A DNA stretch of 27,965 bases from Candidatus Acidiferrum sp. (GCA_035518775.1 DATIXH010000347.1:1-27965); one strand, 5' to 3'; positions 9,315-18,138 are shown, counted from the stretch's first letter. Made by a program: numbers and translations. Notes: generated from the sequence alone by a model not told the origin.

Positions 9315-9995
9315 CTATTCGGCTGCCGCCGCGGCGCCGAGCAGGCCCTCGCGCACCGCTTCGATATGGCGGCGCATCAGATCCTCTGCCTGTGCGGGAT
9401 CGCGGCCGGCGATGGCACCGACATAGGCGCGGTGGTGTGCGCAATAGGCAGCGTGGCGCGCCGGGGTGAGCGCCACCTGGCGCAACGCGCTCCACTTCGC
9501 CTGTCTGCGCATCGCGTTGAAGGCATCGAAGATGGAGAGCAACAACCCGTTGTGCGCGGCCTCGGCGACCGCGCGATGCAAGCGCCCATCCCAAAGCTCC
9601 CAGGTCTTGGCATCGTGCGCCACCTCGCTCTTCTTCAATAGGCGCTGCATCTGCTCAATCTCCGCGTCGGTCGCGCGCAGCGCGGCCATCCTCGCCAGCA
9701 ACGGCTCGATCAGCAGCCGGGCCTCCAGCGCCTCGCTCGGGCTGGTATGCGATGTGATCATCGTGAGCGCCGTCGGGAGCGGTGTCGGGCGATTGCCGAC
9801 GAAGGTGCCCTGGCCGACGTGCCGCCAGATGCGCCCCTCTGCCTCCAACACCTCCAGGCCTTCGCGCAGCGCGCTGCGGCTGAGCTTCAGCATGGTTGCA
9901 AGCTCGCGTTCCGGTGGCAGCTGACTGCCCTGGGCAAATTCCGGCTGCTCAAGCAGTGCCGCGAGGCTGTTCAGTGCACGATCCCGACGACTCAT
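9315..9995 (-). CDS. GntR-family transcriptional regulator (FadR/FCD subfamily)
   Basis: 226-aa ORF. N-terminal wHTH (PPERELATMLKLSRSALREGLEVLEAEG) followed by an all-helical FCD-like C-terminal domain. Confidence 0.85.
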   Translation of the reverse strand: MSRRDRALNSLAALLEQPEFAQGSQLPPERELATMLKLSRSALREGLEVLEAEGRIWRHVGQGTFVGNRPTPLPTALTMITSHTSPSEALEARLLIEPLLARMAALRATDAEIEQMQRLLKKSEVAHDAKTWELWDGRLHRAVAEAAHNGLLLSIFDAFNAMRRQAKWSALRQVALTPARHAAYCAHHRAYVGAIAGRDPAQAEDLMRRHIEAVREGLLGAAAAAE

Positions 9996-9996
9996 T

Positions 9997-10108
9997 TTGA
10001 TACCATTGATCCATTGGTCTCAAAACGCGCTTTTGTTGACACACGAACACTGCAAATGCAAGCGTGTCATCCGTAAGTCAAATCTAAACCAATTCACATT
10101 GGTATCAA
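9997..10108. promoter_or_regulatory. Divergent promoter region with inverted repeats TTGATACCATTG (9997..) and CAATGGTATCAA-like (..10108), candidate GntR operator(s)
   Basis: The intergenic region between the divergent GntR and ABC-transporter genes is AT-richer. TTGATACCA at 9997-10005 is the reverse complement of TGGTATCAA at 10100-10108 (11 of 12 over the extended site). A local near-palindrome TTGATACCA-N8-TGGTCTCAA matches the t.GT...AC.a half-site style of FadR-type operators. Confidence 0.35.
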
Positions 10109-10127
10109 CTGAGCCCCGGGAGGCACC

Positions 10128-10949
10128 ATGATCGACACACGTTTAACCCAGCGCGTCGCCGCCGCCGTCACCTTTGCCGGCATCGCCCTCATCGGCAGCC
10201 ATACCTTCGCGCAGGACATCAAGGCGCCGGATTCAATCGTGAAGGCCGGCAAGATTGTCTATTGCACCGATATCAGCGCCCCGCCGCTCAGCTATTTCGA
10301 TGAGAACAATCAGCCGATCGGCTCGGACATCGATTTTGGCCAGGACATCGCCAAGCGCTTCGGCGTGAAGGCCGAGTTCGCCAATACGCCGTTCGACGGC
10401 ATCATCCCTGCGCTCCAGGCTAAGCAATGCGACGCCATCATCTCGGAACTGTTCGATAAGCCGAAACGCCGCGAGGTGGTCGACTTCGTGGACTATATGT
10501 ATTCCGGCCAGCAGTTACTGGTCGAGAAAGGCAACCCAAAGAACATCAAGAGCCTCGAAGATCTCTCCGGCGTGAAGATCGCGGCCCAGAACGGCACGAC
10601 CATCCAGAGCCTGGTTGAGGAACAGAATAAGAAGTTCGCCGCCGCCGGCAAGCCGCCGGCCGATCTGGTGATCTTCCCGAAGGACACCGACGCACTGCAG
10701 GCTCTGCAAATTCACCAGGTCGATGTCTACGGCACTACCGTGGAAAGTGCCGGCTTTTACTTGCTGAAGGCGCCCGACGCGTTCGAAGTGGCCGGCGAAC
10801 CCTTTGCGAAAATCGTGGCCGGCATCGCGACCCGCAAAGACGACACGGAGCTCCATGAAGCGATCCAGAAAGCATTCGACGCGATCAAGGCCGATGGCAC
10901 CGCGCTCAATATTTTGAAGAAGTGGCATATAGAGGGCAGCGTGCTTTAA
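10128..10949 (+). CDS. ABC transporter periplasmic substrate-binding protein, polar amino-acid (family 3) type
   Basis: 273-aa ORF with a signal peptide (AAAVTFAGIALIGSHTFAQD), SBP_bac_3-like composition and an RBS GGGAGG before the ATG. Confidence 0.85.
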   Translation: MIDTRLTQRVAAAVTFAGIALIGSHTFAQDIKAPDSIVKAGKIVYCTDISAPPLSYFDENNQPIGSDIDFGQDIAKRFGVKAEFANTPFDGIIPALQAKQCDAIISELFDKPKRREVVDFVDYMYSGQQLLVEKGNPKNIKSLEDLSGVKIAAQNGTTIQSLVEEQNKKFAAAGKPPADLVIFPKDTDALQALQIHQVDVYGTTVESAGFYLLKAPDAFEVAGEPFAKIVAGIATRKDDTELHEAIQKAFDAIKADGTALNILKKWHIEGSVL

Positions 10950-10958
10950 AGTCCCACT

Positions 10959-11738
10959 ATGCAATTCAGCTGGGATATCTTCACGCAGCATCTATTCGAG
11001 CCGAGCTCGTTCTTTCTGCACGGGCTCTGGCTCACCCTTTCCATCAGCGCTATCTCGCAGAGCATCGGCACCGCCCTAGGCGTTGCCGGTGCTCTGGGCA
11101 CGCAATCGCGCTTCCGCGGCGTCCGCATCGTGGTGGCGTTTTACATCTGGCTGTTCCGCGGCACGCCACTGCTAGTGCAGATCGTGTTCGTCTATACCGC
11201 CCTTGCGGCCGCCAACATCTTCCGCTTCCAGGACATGGATCTCGGTTTCGTGGTTATCCCCGGCAACATCCAGGCGGGCATTTTCGCGCTGAGCCTCAAC
11301 GAAGGCGCCTATATGACTGAGATCGTGCGTGCAGGCATCCTATCCATCGACCATGGCCAGACGGAAGCCGCGAAGTCGCTCGGCATGACCTATTTCAAGC
11401 TGATGCGGCGCATCATCTTGCCGCAGGCGGCGCGGGTGATCATCCCGCCGCTGGGCAATGAGTTCAATGCCATGCTGAAGAATACGACTTTGCTCAGCGT
11501 GATCGGTGTGCCGGAGATGATGCAGGTGACCGAGACTCAGATCTCGGCGACCTTCCGCTCCTTCGAGTTGCTGAGCGTAATTGCACTCTATTACCTGACC
11601 CTCACCACACTGTGGGGCTTTGCACAACGCGCCCTCGACCGACGCTTCGGCGAAGCCAAGGGCAGCCGTGCGCAGAACGAAAGCATGGTCGGTCGATTGC
11701 GCCGGCTCCTGATGCCGAGCCGGGATGTGTTGCGATGA
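10959..11738 (+). CDS. ABC transporter permease, polar amino-acid (His/Glu/Gln/Arg/opine) family
   Basis: 259-aa ORF with multiple TM segments and the EAA-like loop (EAAKSLGMTYFKLMRRIILPQA). Confidence 0.85.
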   Translation: MQFSWDIFTQHLFEPSSFFLHGLWLTLSISAISQSIGTALGVAGALGTQSRFRGVRIVVAFYIWLFRGTPLLVQIVFVYTALAAANIFRFQDMDLGFVVIPGNIQAGIFALSLNEGAYMTEIVRAGILSIDHGQTEAAKSLGMTYFKLMRRIILPQAARVIIPPLGNEFNAMLKNTTLLSVIGVPEMMQVTETQISATFRSFELLSVIALYYLTLTTLWGFAQRALDRRFGEAKGSRAQNESMVGRLRRLLMPSRDVLR

Positions 11739-11762
11739 GCGAGACCGCCGGGATGTGATGCG

Positions 11763-12530
11763 ATGAGTGAGAACATTGTCGAAGCAACCAACGTCGAGAA
11801 ATGGTTCGGCAACCATCAGGTGCTGAAGAACGTCTCCATGACAGTGAAGCGCGGCGAGGTTGTCGTGATCGTCGGCCCGTCTGGCTCCGGCAAAACCACC
11901 TTCATTCGCTGCGTCAATCATCTGGAGAAAATCCAGAAGGGCCGCATCCTGGTGAACGGCCATCTGATCGGCTATCGCGAGCGCAACGGGCAATTGATTG
12001 AGGATGCCGAGCGCAATATCGCGCGCCAGCGCCGCGATATCGGCATGGTTTTCCAGCGGTTCAACCTGTTTCCGCATCTGACCGCCCTCGGCAATATCAT
12101 TGAGGCACCCATCCAGGTCCGGGGCGTGCCAAAGGACGAGGCGATTGCCACCGCCGGTGCATTACTCGCCCGCGTCGGCCTCGCCGAGAAAGCCAACTCG
12201 TACCCGGCGCAACTCTCAGGCGGCCAGCAACAGCGCGTCGCCATCGCTCGCGCGCTCGCCATGAAGCCAATCCTCATGCTGTTTGACGAGGCGACCAGCG
12301 CCCTTGACCCCGAGATGATCGGCGAGGTGCTGGAGGTGATGAAGGAACTTGCCCGTGACGGCATGACTATGATCGCGGTGACGCATGAGATGGGTTTCGC
12401 CCGCGAGGTCGCCGACCGCGTCATCATGATGGATGACGGCAAGATCGTCGAAGACACGCCGCCCGACCGGTTCTTCACCACCCCGCGTTCCGAGCGTAGC
12501 AAGGCCTTCCTCGCCCGCATCCTGCATTAG
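11763..12530 (+). CDS. ABC transporter ATP-binding protein (polar amino-acid importer ATPase)
   Basis: 255-aa ORF. Walker [13 protein letters not shown] signature [15 protein letters not shown], Walker [14 protein letters not shown], and an H-loop. Confidence 0.9.
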   Translation: MSENIVEATNVEKWFGNHQVLKNVSMTVKRGEVVVIVGPSGSGKTTFIRCVNHLEKIQKGRILVNGHLIGYRERNGQLIEDAERNIARQRRDIGMVFQRFNLFPHLTALGNIIEAPIQVRGVPKDEAIATAGALLARVGLAEKANSYPAQLSGGQQQRVAIARALAMKPILMLFDEATSALDPEMIGEVLEVMKELARDGMTMIAVTHEMGFAREVADRVIMMDDGKIVEDTPPDRFFTTPRSERSKAFLARILH

Positions 12531-12626
12531 CTCTTCCAGTTGAAGACGTAGGGCGTCAGCACTCTGCTCAACATCGACGACAATCCAAAGCGACGGAGCA
12601 TGGCGTCAAAGAGCGAAGGAGATCCA

Positions 12627-13394
12627 ATGGCGAATGAAACTGACACCCCCGTCGCGCTCATCACCGGGGCGTCGCGCGGCATTGGCCGCGCGACCGCGGA
12701 GACTCTCCTAAGAGAGGGGTATGATGTTCATGCCACATTCATCAGTCGCCGGGACTCGGCTGAAAGCCTGTTCAACGTCGCCAATGCGCTTGGCCGCAAA
12801 CTGACACTACATCAATACGACGCGGCTTCCCGCGAAAGCCAGGATCTTCTAATCCAGCACCTGTCGAAGACAAAGCTCCGAGCCATCGTGCACAACGCCG
12901 GCGTGGTACGGTTTGAGCGCTTCACCGATTATGACCAGAATATTTGGGATCAGACGTTCGAGATAAATCTCAACTCGGCTCTGCGGTTGACCCTCGGACT
13001 TCAGAACCGGCTGTCATCCGGCGCTTCTATTGTGCTGGTAGCCTCCACCGACGCGTTCGTCGGATCCTACGCAAGCATGGCCTACGCCGCCTCTAAGACA
13101 GCGATGACAAATCTGACCCGCAGTCTCGCTTGCAACTTCGGCCCGCGAAACATTCGTGCAAACGCTGTTGCCCCGGGCTGGATAAGTACGGACATGACAA
13201 CGGCAGCGTCCTCCGGTTCATCGTCTGTTACTCCGCTTGGGCGCGACGGCAGACCTGACGAGGTCGCCAACGCGATCGCGTTCCTGCTGTCGGACCGCGC
13301 AAGTTTCATCACGGGTACTACGTTGGTAGTTGATGGCGGCTATACCTCGTCGGACCCAATCATGCTGAATGAAGCACGCGAAATTGTTGGATAG
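12627..13394 (+). CDS. Short-chain dehydrogenase/reductase (SDR), low-GC gene
   Basis: ORF 12600..13394. Start moved to ATG 12627 (AAGGAG, then 5 nt, then ATG). Cofactor motif TGASRGIGRATA, NAG motif NAGV, catalytic YxxxK (YAASK). GC is visibly lower (~55%) than in flanking genes. Confidence 0.8.
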   Translation: MANETDTPVALITGASRGIGRATAETLLREGYDVHATFISRRDSAESLFNVANALGRKLTLHQYDAASRESQDLLIQHLSKTKLRAIVHNAGVVRFERFTDYDQNIWDQTFEINLNSALRLTLGLQNRLSSGASIVLVASTDAFVGSYASMAYAASKTAMTNLTRSLACNFGPRNIRANAVAPGWISTDMTTAASSGSSSVTPLGRDGRPDEVANAIAFLLSDRASFITGTTLVVDGGYTSSDPIMLNEAREIVG

Positions 13395-14194
13395 CGCTCG
13401 TTGCGAAAGGAATGTCCCTACTGAAAACTAGATTCGGGCGTAGCGGTGATGCAATCCGCCGACCTTGGGTTCGGCAATGATGCGACCAAATCGCTCAATT
13501 GGCCGGCCGATCGGCGCATCCTTGACTAGCGACAGGTGCGTGCGAGACTCGTTGTAGTAGCTGGCATACATCGCCACAATCCGGCGAAGGTGCGTCTCGC
13601 CGAGCACAATCACTTGGTCAGTGCATTCGAGCCGTACCGAGCCGATCAAACGCTCTGCGTAGGCGTTTTGCCAGGGCGACCGCGGCGCGGTTGGTCGATC
13701 CCGGACCCCGAGCGCACGCAGACGTCGCCTCACGACGTGGCCATAGACGGCGTCTCGATCGCGCACCAGATATCTGGGCGCTGTGTCCCACGGGAAGGCC
13801 TCGGTCATCTGCCGAGCAACCCAGTCAGCCGTCGGATGCGCCGTTATGGCGTGGTGAACGAGCTCCCTTCGGCCCCTACAGAGCTTTCGCTGACGGCAGC
13901 CATCGCGGCGGACCAGTTTGCGCGTGAGGCCTGTCCGCTAAAGAGCTCGCAGGCGCGCTGCTCTCCATGATGGCCAGGAGCCCATCGAGCTCCAAATTAG
14001 AGGCCGGATACATTGATGCAAGACCGCTCACCGCCAACTCGACGAACCCTCTTGCAACGCACCGCCGGACCATACATTGGTTCACACAGAGACTATCTGG
14101 CCACGTCCGCAGAAAGGCAGGTAATCCCCAGCTAGCGGACGTCTCGTCTTCGTTCGCGTGGAGTTTGAAGCCGGATGTGCAAACCCGTTGTACG
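13395..14194. mobile_element. Insertion-sequence remnant (transposase fragment plus flanking non-coding DNA)
   Basis: Contains the truncated transposase frame above plus ~250 bp without coherent coding signal. Lies between a low-GC cargo gene and the integrase gene. Confidence 0.45.
13428..13937 (-). pseudogene. DDE transposase/integrase-core (rve-like) C-terminal remnant, N-terminally truncated
   Basis: Open frame of 170 codons with no proper start (first ATG at 13808). It carries the conserved IS-transposase C-terminal region RSPWQNAYAERLIGSVRLEC...YYNESRTHLSL. The N-terminal catalytic domain is missing. Confidence 0.6.
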
Positions 14195-15421
14195 CTATCT
14201 CTGTTTGCCCCGGAGCTTTACGACCTTTGCTGCCGGTTTGCCGGCCATCGCGGCGGCGATCCGCCGGCCAATGGCTTCATTGGCGACCTTCACCGGGTCA
14301 TGATCCAAGTGCGCATATCTCGCAGTCGTCTGCGGCTGCGAATGGCCCAGAAGCTTGCCAATCATCGGTAACCCCATGCCAGACCCAGCGCCGACGCTGG
14401 CAAAACTATGACGTAGATCGTGCAGGCGAACATCGTCGAGCCCGGCCGTCTTGCGGATGCGTCGCCACGGTTTTTCCAAATTGACCAGATGCGCCCCCGT
14501 CTTGCCGCCGACGATCACATATGGATTGCCTGTCACGCGCGGAAGGGCGTCTAGAACGGCACGGGCCGGAGCGGACAGGTGGATCGTCTTGGCGCCGCTC
14601 TTGCTGTCCGGCAGGCGGGCGATGCCCTTGTCCAGGTCGATCCATTGCCACCGGAGCGTGAGGACTTCCGTCATGCGGGCACCGGTGAAGATCAGCAGCC
14701 GCACCGCCGCTACCTGATAGAGTTTTGCAGGATCGGCTTCGGCCGCCACCAGCGCGTCACCGAGGCGGGTCAATTCATTGGGCCTCAGGAAGCGTTCCCG
14801 TGGGCGCTCAGCGTACTTTTCTAGTCCCTGGCATGGATTATCCCCAGCCAGCGGGAAACCGTTGCGGTGGCCCCAGCCGAGTATCTTGGACAGCAGGGTC
14901 ACGGTCCTGTTGGCGGTCACCCGAGTGGGTCGCAGCTTGTAATGCAGGGTGCCGACATGCACAGCCGTCAGGTCGGGGACGCGGACGGCGCCCAGCTCCG
15001 GCAGGATCAGCCGATCGATGAGGGCGCGATAGGTCTGCTCGGTGCGCGGCTTCTTTTTGGCGACGTGAATTTCGAGGAACTGTTCCGCCAGCCGGCGGAC
15101 GGTTTGTGTCGGGTCGAGCTTCTTTTCATCAGCGGGATTGGCGCCCTCGACGACGCGCCCCAGGATACGCAGCGCCTCTTGCCGGGCCGTGTCCACCGTC
15201 CAGGGCGAGCCGTACTTGCCGATGGTGTAGCGCCGTTTGGGCGCCGCTCGGCCGCTGCCCTGCCGATATTGCACGAAGAATGTCTTGCTGCCGCCGGGCG
15301 ACACTTTCAGGCCAAAACCGATCACCTTCCGGTCGAACATGAGCTTAGTCGCCAACCGGCCCTTGCGCATGGCCGGTTTCGCCGCGTCGATCCTGCCCTT
15401 GGTCAGTCCTTGCGCTGCCAT
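14195..15421 (-). CDS. int: Tyrosine-type site-specific recombinase (phage/ICE-family integrase) with N-terminal Arm-DNA-binding (DUF4102-like) domain
   Basis: ORF 14195..15670. Start moved to ATG 15421 (AAGGGGG RBS), giving MAAQGLTKGRIDAAKPA... A P4-type Arm-binding N-terminus, and C-terminal catalytic boxes HDLRHSFAS and TTARYAHL with the nucleophilic Tyr. Confidence 0.85.
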   Translation of the reverse strand: MAAQGLTKGRIDAAKPAMRKGRLATKLMFDRKVIGFGLKVSPGGSKTFFVQYRQGSGRAAPKRRYTIGKYGSPWTVDTARQEALRILGRVVEGANPADEKKLDPTQTVRRLAEQFLEIHVAKKKPRTEQTYRALIDRLILPELGAVRVPDLTAVHVGTLHYKLRPTRVTANRTVTLLSKILGWGHRNGFPLAGDNPCQGLEKYAERPRERFLRPNELTRLGDALVAAEADPAKLYQVAAVRLLIFTGARMTEVLTLRWQWIDLDKGIARLPDSKSGAKTIHLSAPARAVLDALPRVTGNPYVIVGGKTGAHLVNLEKPWRRIRKTAGLDDVRLHDLRHSFASVGAGSGMGLPMIGKLLGHSQPQTTARYAHLDHDPVKVANEAIGRRIAAAMAGKPAAKVVKLRGKQR

Positions 15422-15561
15422 TATCGCCCCCTTACGCCAGCACCCACCGAGTACCCACGGCACTAGGTAGTCATGGCGGGATGTGACGGCAAGAGGATGC
15501 TGGAAATATCTGCTTTTCTGCGCTCCTGACGATTTCTGGCGGCTTGAGCGAAGCTTGAACT

Positions 15562-15611
15562 GCAGTTTCCTAAACCGTAGGTCGGGTGTTCGAGTCACCC
15601 CGGGGACGCCA
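15562..15611 (+). other. tRNA-Arg(CCU)-like 3' fragment ending in CCA (anticodon arm, variable loop AGGTC, T-arm GGGTG-TTCGAGT-CACCC, acceptor 3' strand CGGGGAC-G-CCA); candidate attR of an integrated element
   Basis: Perfect T-arm and a 3' acceptor strand plus CCA are present. The anticodon loop is TTCCTAA. No complementary 5' acceptor strand (GTCCCCG) and no D-arm occur upstream, so this is a fragment, not a gene. It lies 140 bp from the integrase start. Confidence 0.45.
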
Positions 15612-15630
15612 CTCCAGCACAAGACTGGGC

Positions 15631-15685
15631 GCCAAATTGGTCCGGCATCACTGAGCGGTTCGGCCGGCAATTTGGCCTTTTCCCC
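15631..15685 (+). terminator. Long stem-loop (GCCAAATTGGTCCGGC ... GCCGGCAATTTGGC) followed by CTTTTCCCC: likely the native terminator of the tRNA gene whose 3' end is the att fragment
   Basis: A ~14-bp stem with a 2-nt bulge, a 16-nt loop and a downstream T-run on the plus strand, 20 nt after the CCA. Confidence 0.45.
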
Positions 15686-15764
15686 GCTGATGCGGTGTCG
15701 GTACCATCGACACTAAACTCGTCGACGATCGACCGAAGGGTCATCGCAGAGCATTCTAAGTTGC

Positions 15765-15795
15765 AGGGCCCCTCTCGCCATGCGGGAGGGGCCCT
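15765..15795 (-). terminator. 13-bp near-perfect hairpin (AGGGCCCCTCTCG-CCATG-CGGGAGGGGCCCT), 13 nt downstream of the Zn-ribbon gene stop
   Basis: Thirteen contiguous pairs with one G-U and a 5-nt loop. No clear U-tract, which is common for high-GC alphaproteobacterial terminators. Confidence 0.4.
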
Positions 15796-15807
15796 AACGA
15801 GTCTCGA

Positions 15808-16122
15808 CTAATCGAAAGCACCGAAGATGTCGTCGAGAAAGCCGCGGCGGCGGCGACCGTCATCGCGGCCGTGTCGACCCCGACGGTCGCCGTCGTCATC
15901 GTCGTCCCGGTCGCGGCCACGCCTGCCATCACGTTCATCGTCGTCGTCGCGACCGCGGGTGCGATCGACTGCGGTACGCGCCTCGGCCGCCGAGCGCTCG
16001 ACGATCTTGTCAAGCTCACCACGGTCGAGCCAGACGCCACGGCATTTCGCGCAATAGTCGATCTCGATTCCTTGGCGATCGGCCATCACCAGGTCGCTCT
16101 CAGCGCAGGATGGGCATTTCAT
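15808..16122 (-). CDS. Zinc-ribbon protein (CPxC ... CxxCxGxWLDxGEL, TFIIB-type Zn-ribbon) with a highly charged Arg/Asp-rich low-complexity tail
   Basis: 104-aa ORF with strong RBS AAGGAGG. Its ATG overlaps the TerC stop (ATGA), indicating translational coupling. The tail RGRDDDDERDGRRGRDRDDDDDGDRRGRHGRDDGRRRRG is low complexity. Confidence 0.7.
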   Translation of the reverse strand: MKCPSCAESDLVMADRQGIEIDYCAKCRGVWLDRGELDKIVERSAAEARTAVDRTRGRDDDDERDGRRGRDRDDDDDGDRRGRHGRDDGRRRRGFLDDIFGAFD

Positions 16123-17135
16123 GTGGCACCTCCTTTGGATTGAGATTCGGGTTTAGCAGGTTGTTGCGGGCTACCGGGCACCCAACCGGTGAAAGCCGGC
16201 GCGGGCACGGGTGGCTTCATCTTGGTCTTGATCAACGACAGCACGATCGAGCCGCCGATGAGCGTTCCGGTGGTGGCCAGAGCAATCTCGGTGGGCATGA
16301 CCTTCTCGCCGAAGATGCCGTTTAGGATCATCTTCGCGCCCACCACGCAGAGCACCAGCGACAGGCCGTATTTCAGGTAGTGGAAGCGGTGGATCACGCC
16401 GGCGAGCGCGAAATAGAGCGCGCGCAGCCCGAGGATCGCGAACACGTTTGCGGTAAGGACAATGAAGGGCTCCTGGGTGATGGCGAAGATGGCCGGGATT
16501 GAGTCGACCGCGAACACAAGGTCGGTGAACTCGATGATGATCAGCGCCAGAAACAGGGGCGTGGCCCACAGCGCGCCCTCCTTCCGGATAAAGAATTTCT
16601 GCCCGTCATACTCGTTCGTCACGCGCAGGTGGCGGCGCGTGAAGGCAATGATCCGATTGTTCGCCAGATCCGGCTCGACGTTGATGCTGAGCAGCATCTT
16701 GATGCCGGTTAAGACCAGGAACGCGCCGAACAGCAGCACGATCCAGTGCACGGTCGAGATCAGCGCCGCCCCCGCCGCGATCAAGAGGCCACGCATGATG
16801 AGCGCGCCCAGGATGCCCCAGAACAGTACGCGGTGCTGGTACTGCGGCGGCACGGCGAAATGGGTGAAGATGAGGACGAAGACGAAGACGTTATCGAGGC
16901 TGAGTGACTTCTCGATCAGATAGCCGGTCAGGAACTCGTAGCCGGCTTGCTCCCCAAGCAAATGGAACACGCCGACGTTGAAGATGCCGGCTAGCACCAC
17001 GTAGAGGAAGCTGAGGAGGAGCGCTTCGCGAACCGACACCGTCTTCGGCCTGCGATGCAACACGCCAAGATCGAAGGCGAGAAGCAGCAGGACGAAACCG
17101 ATGAAGCCGAGCCAAAACCAGATCGTGATGACCAT
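16119..17135 (-). CDS. TerC-family integral membrane protein (Alx/TerC, putative metal/Mn2+ exporter family)
   Basis: ORF 16119..17156. Start moved to ATG 17135 (GGAGGG, then 4 nt, then ATG). About 8-9 TM helices and conserved TerC motifs (SLDNVFVF, EFTDLVFAVDSIPA). Confidence 0.85.
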   Translation of the reverse strand: MVITIWFWLGFIGFVLLLLAFDLGVLHRRPKTVSVREALLLSFLYVVLAGIFNVGVFHLLGEQAGYEFLTGYLIEKSLSLDNVFVFVLIFTHFAVPPQYQHRVLFWGILGALIMRGLLIAAGAALISTVHWIVLLFGAFLVLTGIKMLLSINVEPDLANNRIIAFTRRHLRVTNEYDGQKFFIRKEGALWATPLFLALIIIEFTDLVFAVDSIPAIFAITQEPFIVLTANVFAILGLRALYFALAGVIHRFHYLKYGLSLVLCVVGAKMILNGIFGEKVMPTEIALATTGTLIGGSIVLSLIKTKMKPPVPAPAFTGWVPGSPQQPAKPESQSKGGAT

Positions 17136-18138
17136 CGGACCCTCCAGATGCGCCAACGCCAGTTCGCGGCGTCGAGGCAGGTGGAACAGTCCGACATCGC
17201 AGCCGACGGAGCGATCGACTGCCAGAGGGGCCCGGACCCACGAGCCAAGGCGGCTCGTAGGAGGCTAGGTTGGAAACGACCCGCGGGGTTTCAAGGGGGA
17301 TGGACCGTTAGGCGCCGAATATAGGCAGCGACCGATCAGGTATCAGCGACCATATGACCTACCCGACGTCAGTAGACGGCTGCGCGCGTCGAGCTTCCAC
17401 CCGGAGGACGCAAGCCATAGCGGACGAACGGGCCCGCGGGCCATCATGTCGCGGATCGGGCGGGGCACATCGCCCTTCTGTTTCGCGACCATTGCGATCC
17501 ATGCTGCGACATTCTCTTTGTTAACCGGCAAATCGAAAATTGCCCCGGTGCGGATCGACTGATCACGCGGACAGGCATTCGTCCTCACCGCAGCAGGTCC
17601 ACCTCTCCTGAAGGGAGGCGACTCCACGACGAGTGACCCCACATTCTCAAAGCCGGTTTTTAAGGCTCGATAATCTGATCTCTGATCGCAAAGCGCGCCA
17701 GATCGGGCAGAGAGCCAAGCTCGAGTTTTCGCATGATGGCTTCAGGCAAGGGATGCCGCAGAGAGCCTGGACGATGTCCAGCCTGGTCGACCATCCGGAC
17801 CGGCAGCAAGCTCCCGATATTTGTGCGATATCTAGGATGAGGCGCCCGTACGCGCACGGGGCTACAGAACGGACGATGCCGCATTTTCCGCGAGTAGCCC
17901 GAGCATCAGGTGGACCACGGTAGGGCCCTTGAAATCAAGGGCTGCTACGAGAAGTTCCTGAGCCGAATTGTTGCCGGGCACCAGCGAGGACCACGCCAAG
18001 GACGAACCCACCGCCCAACCGGGCACCAATCGTGCCCAGCCGCGACGAGAAAAACAATCATACTTCAGTGCCCAGTTTCATCCAGCATAGGACGCCACTC
18101 TCACAAGCAACCAGCTATACCGCGCCCGCGTTGCTTGC

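Noticed and set aside
15536-15611. Complete tRNA-Arg gene next to the integrase
   Set aside because: Only the 3' ~50 nt (anticodon arm to CCA) are tRNA-like. The expected 5' acceptor strand GTCCCCG and a D-arm are absent upstream (the sequence is CTGGCGG...), so it is a fragment.
17136-17400. yybP-ykoY (Mn2+) riboswitch upstream of TerC
   Set aside because: TerC/Alx genes are classic yybP-ykoY targets, but the minus-strand leader lacks the conserved GGGGAGUAGC loop signature. Only a GCGAGTAGCC occurs, on the wrong strand and about 750 nt away. No call without a covariance search.
17700-17800. SRP (4.5S) RNA-like segment (TCCGGACCGGCAGCAAGC)
   Set aside because: Only superficial resemblance to the conserved GGUCCGGAAGGAAGCAGCC domain IV. 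The key GGAA tetraloop context is absent.
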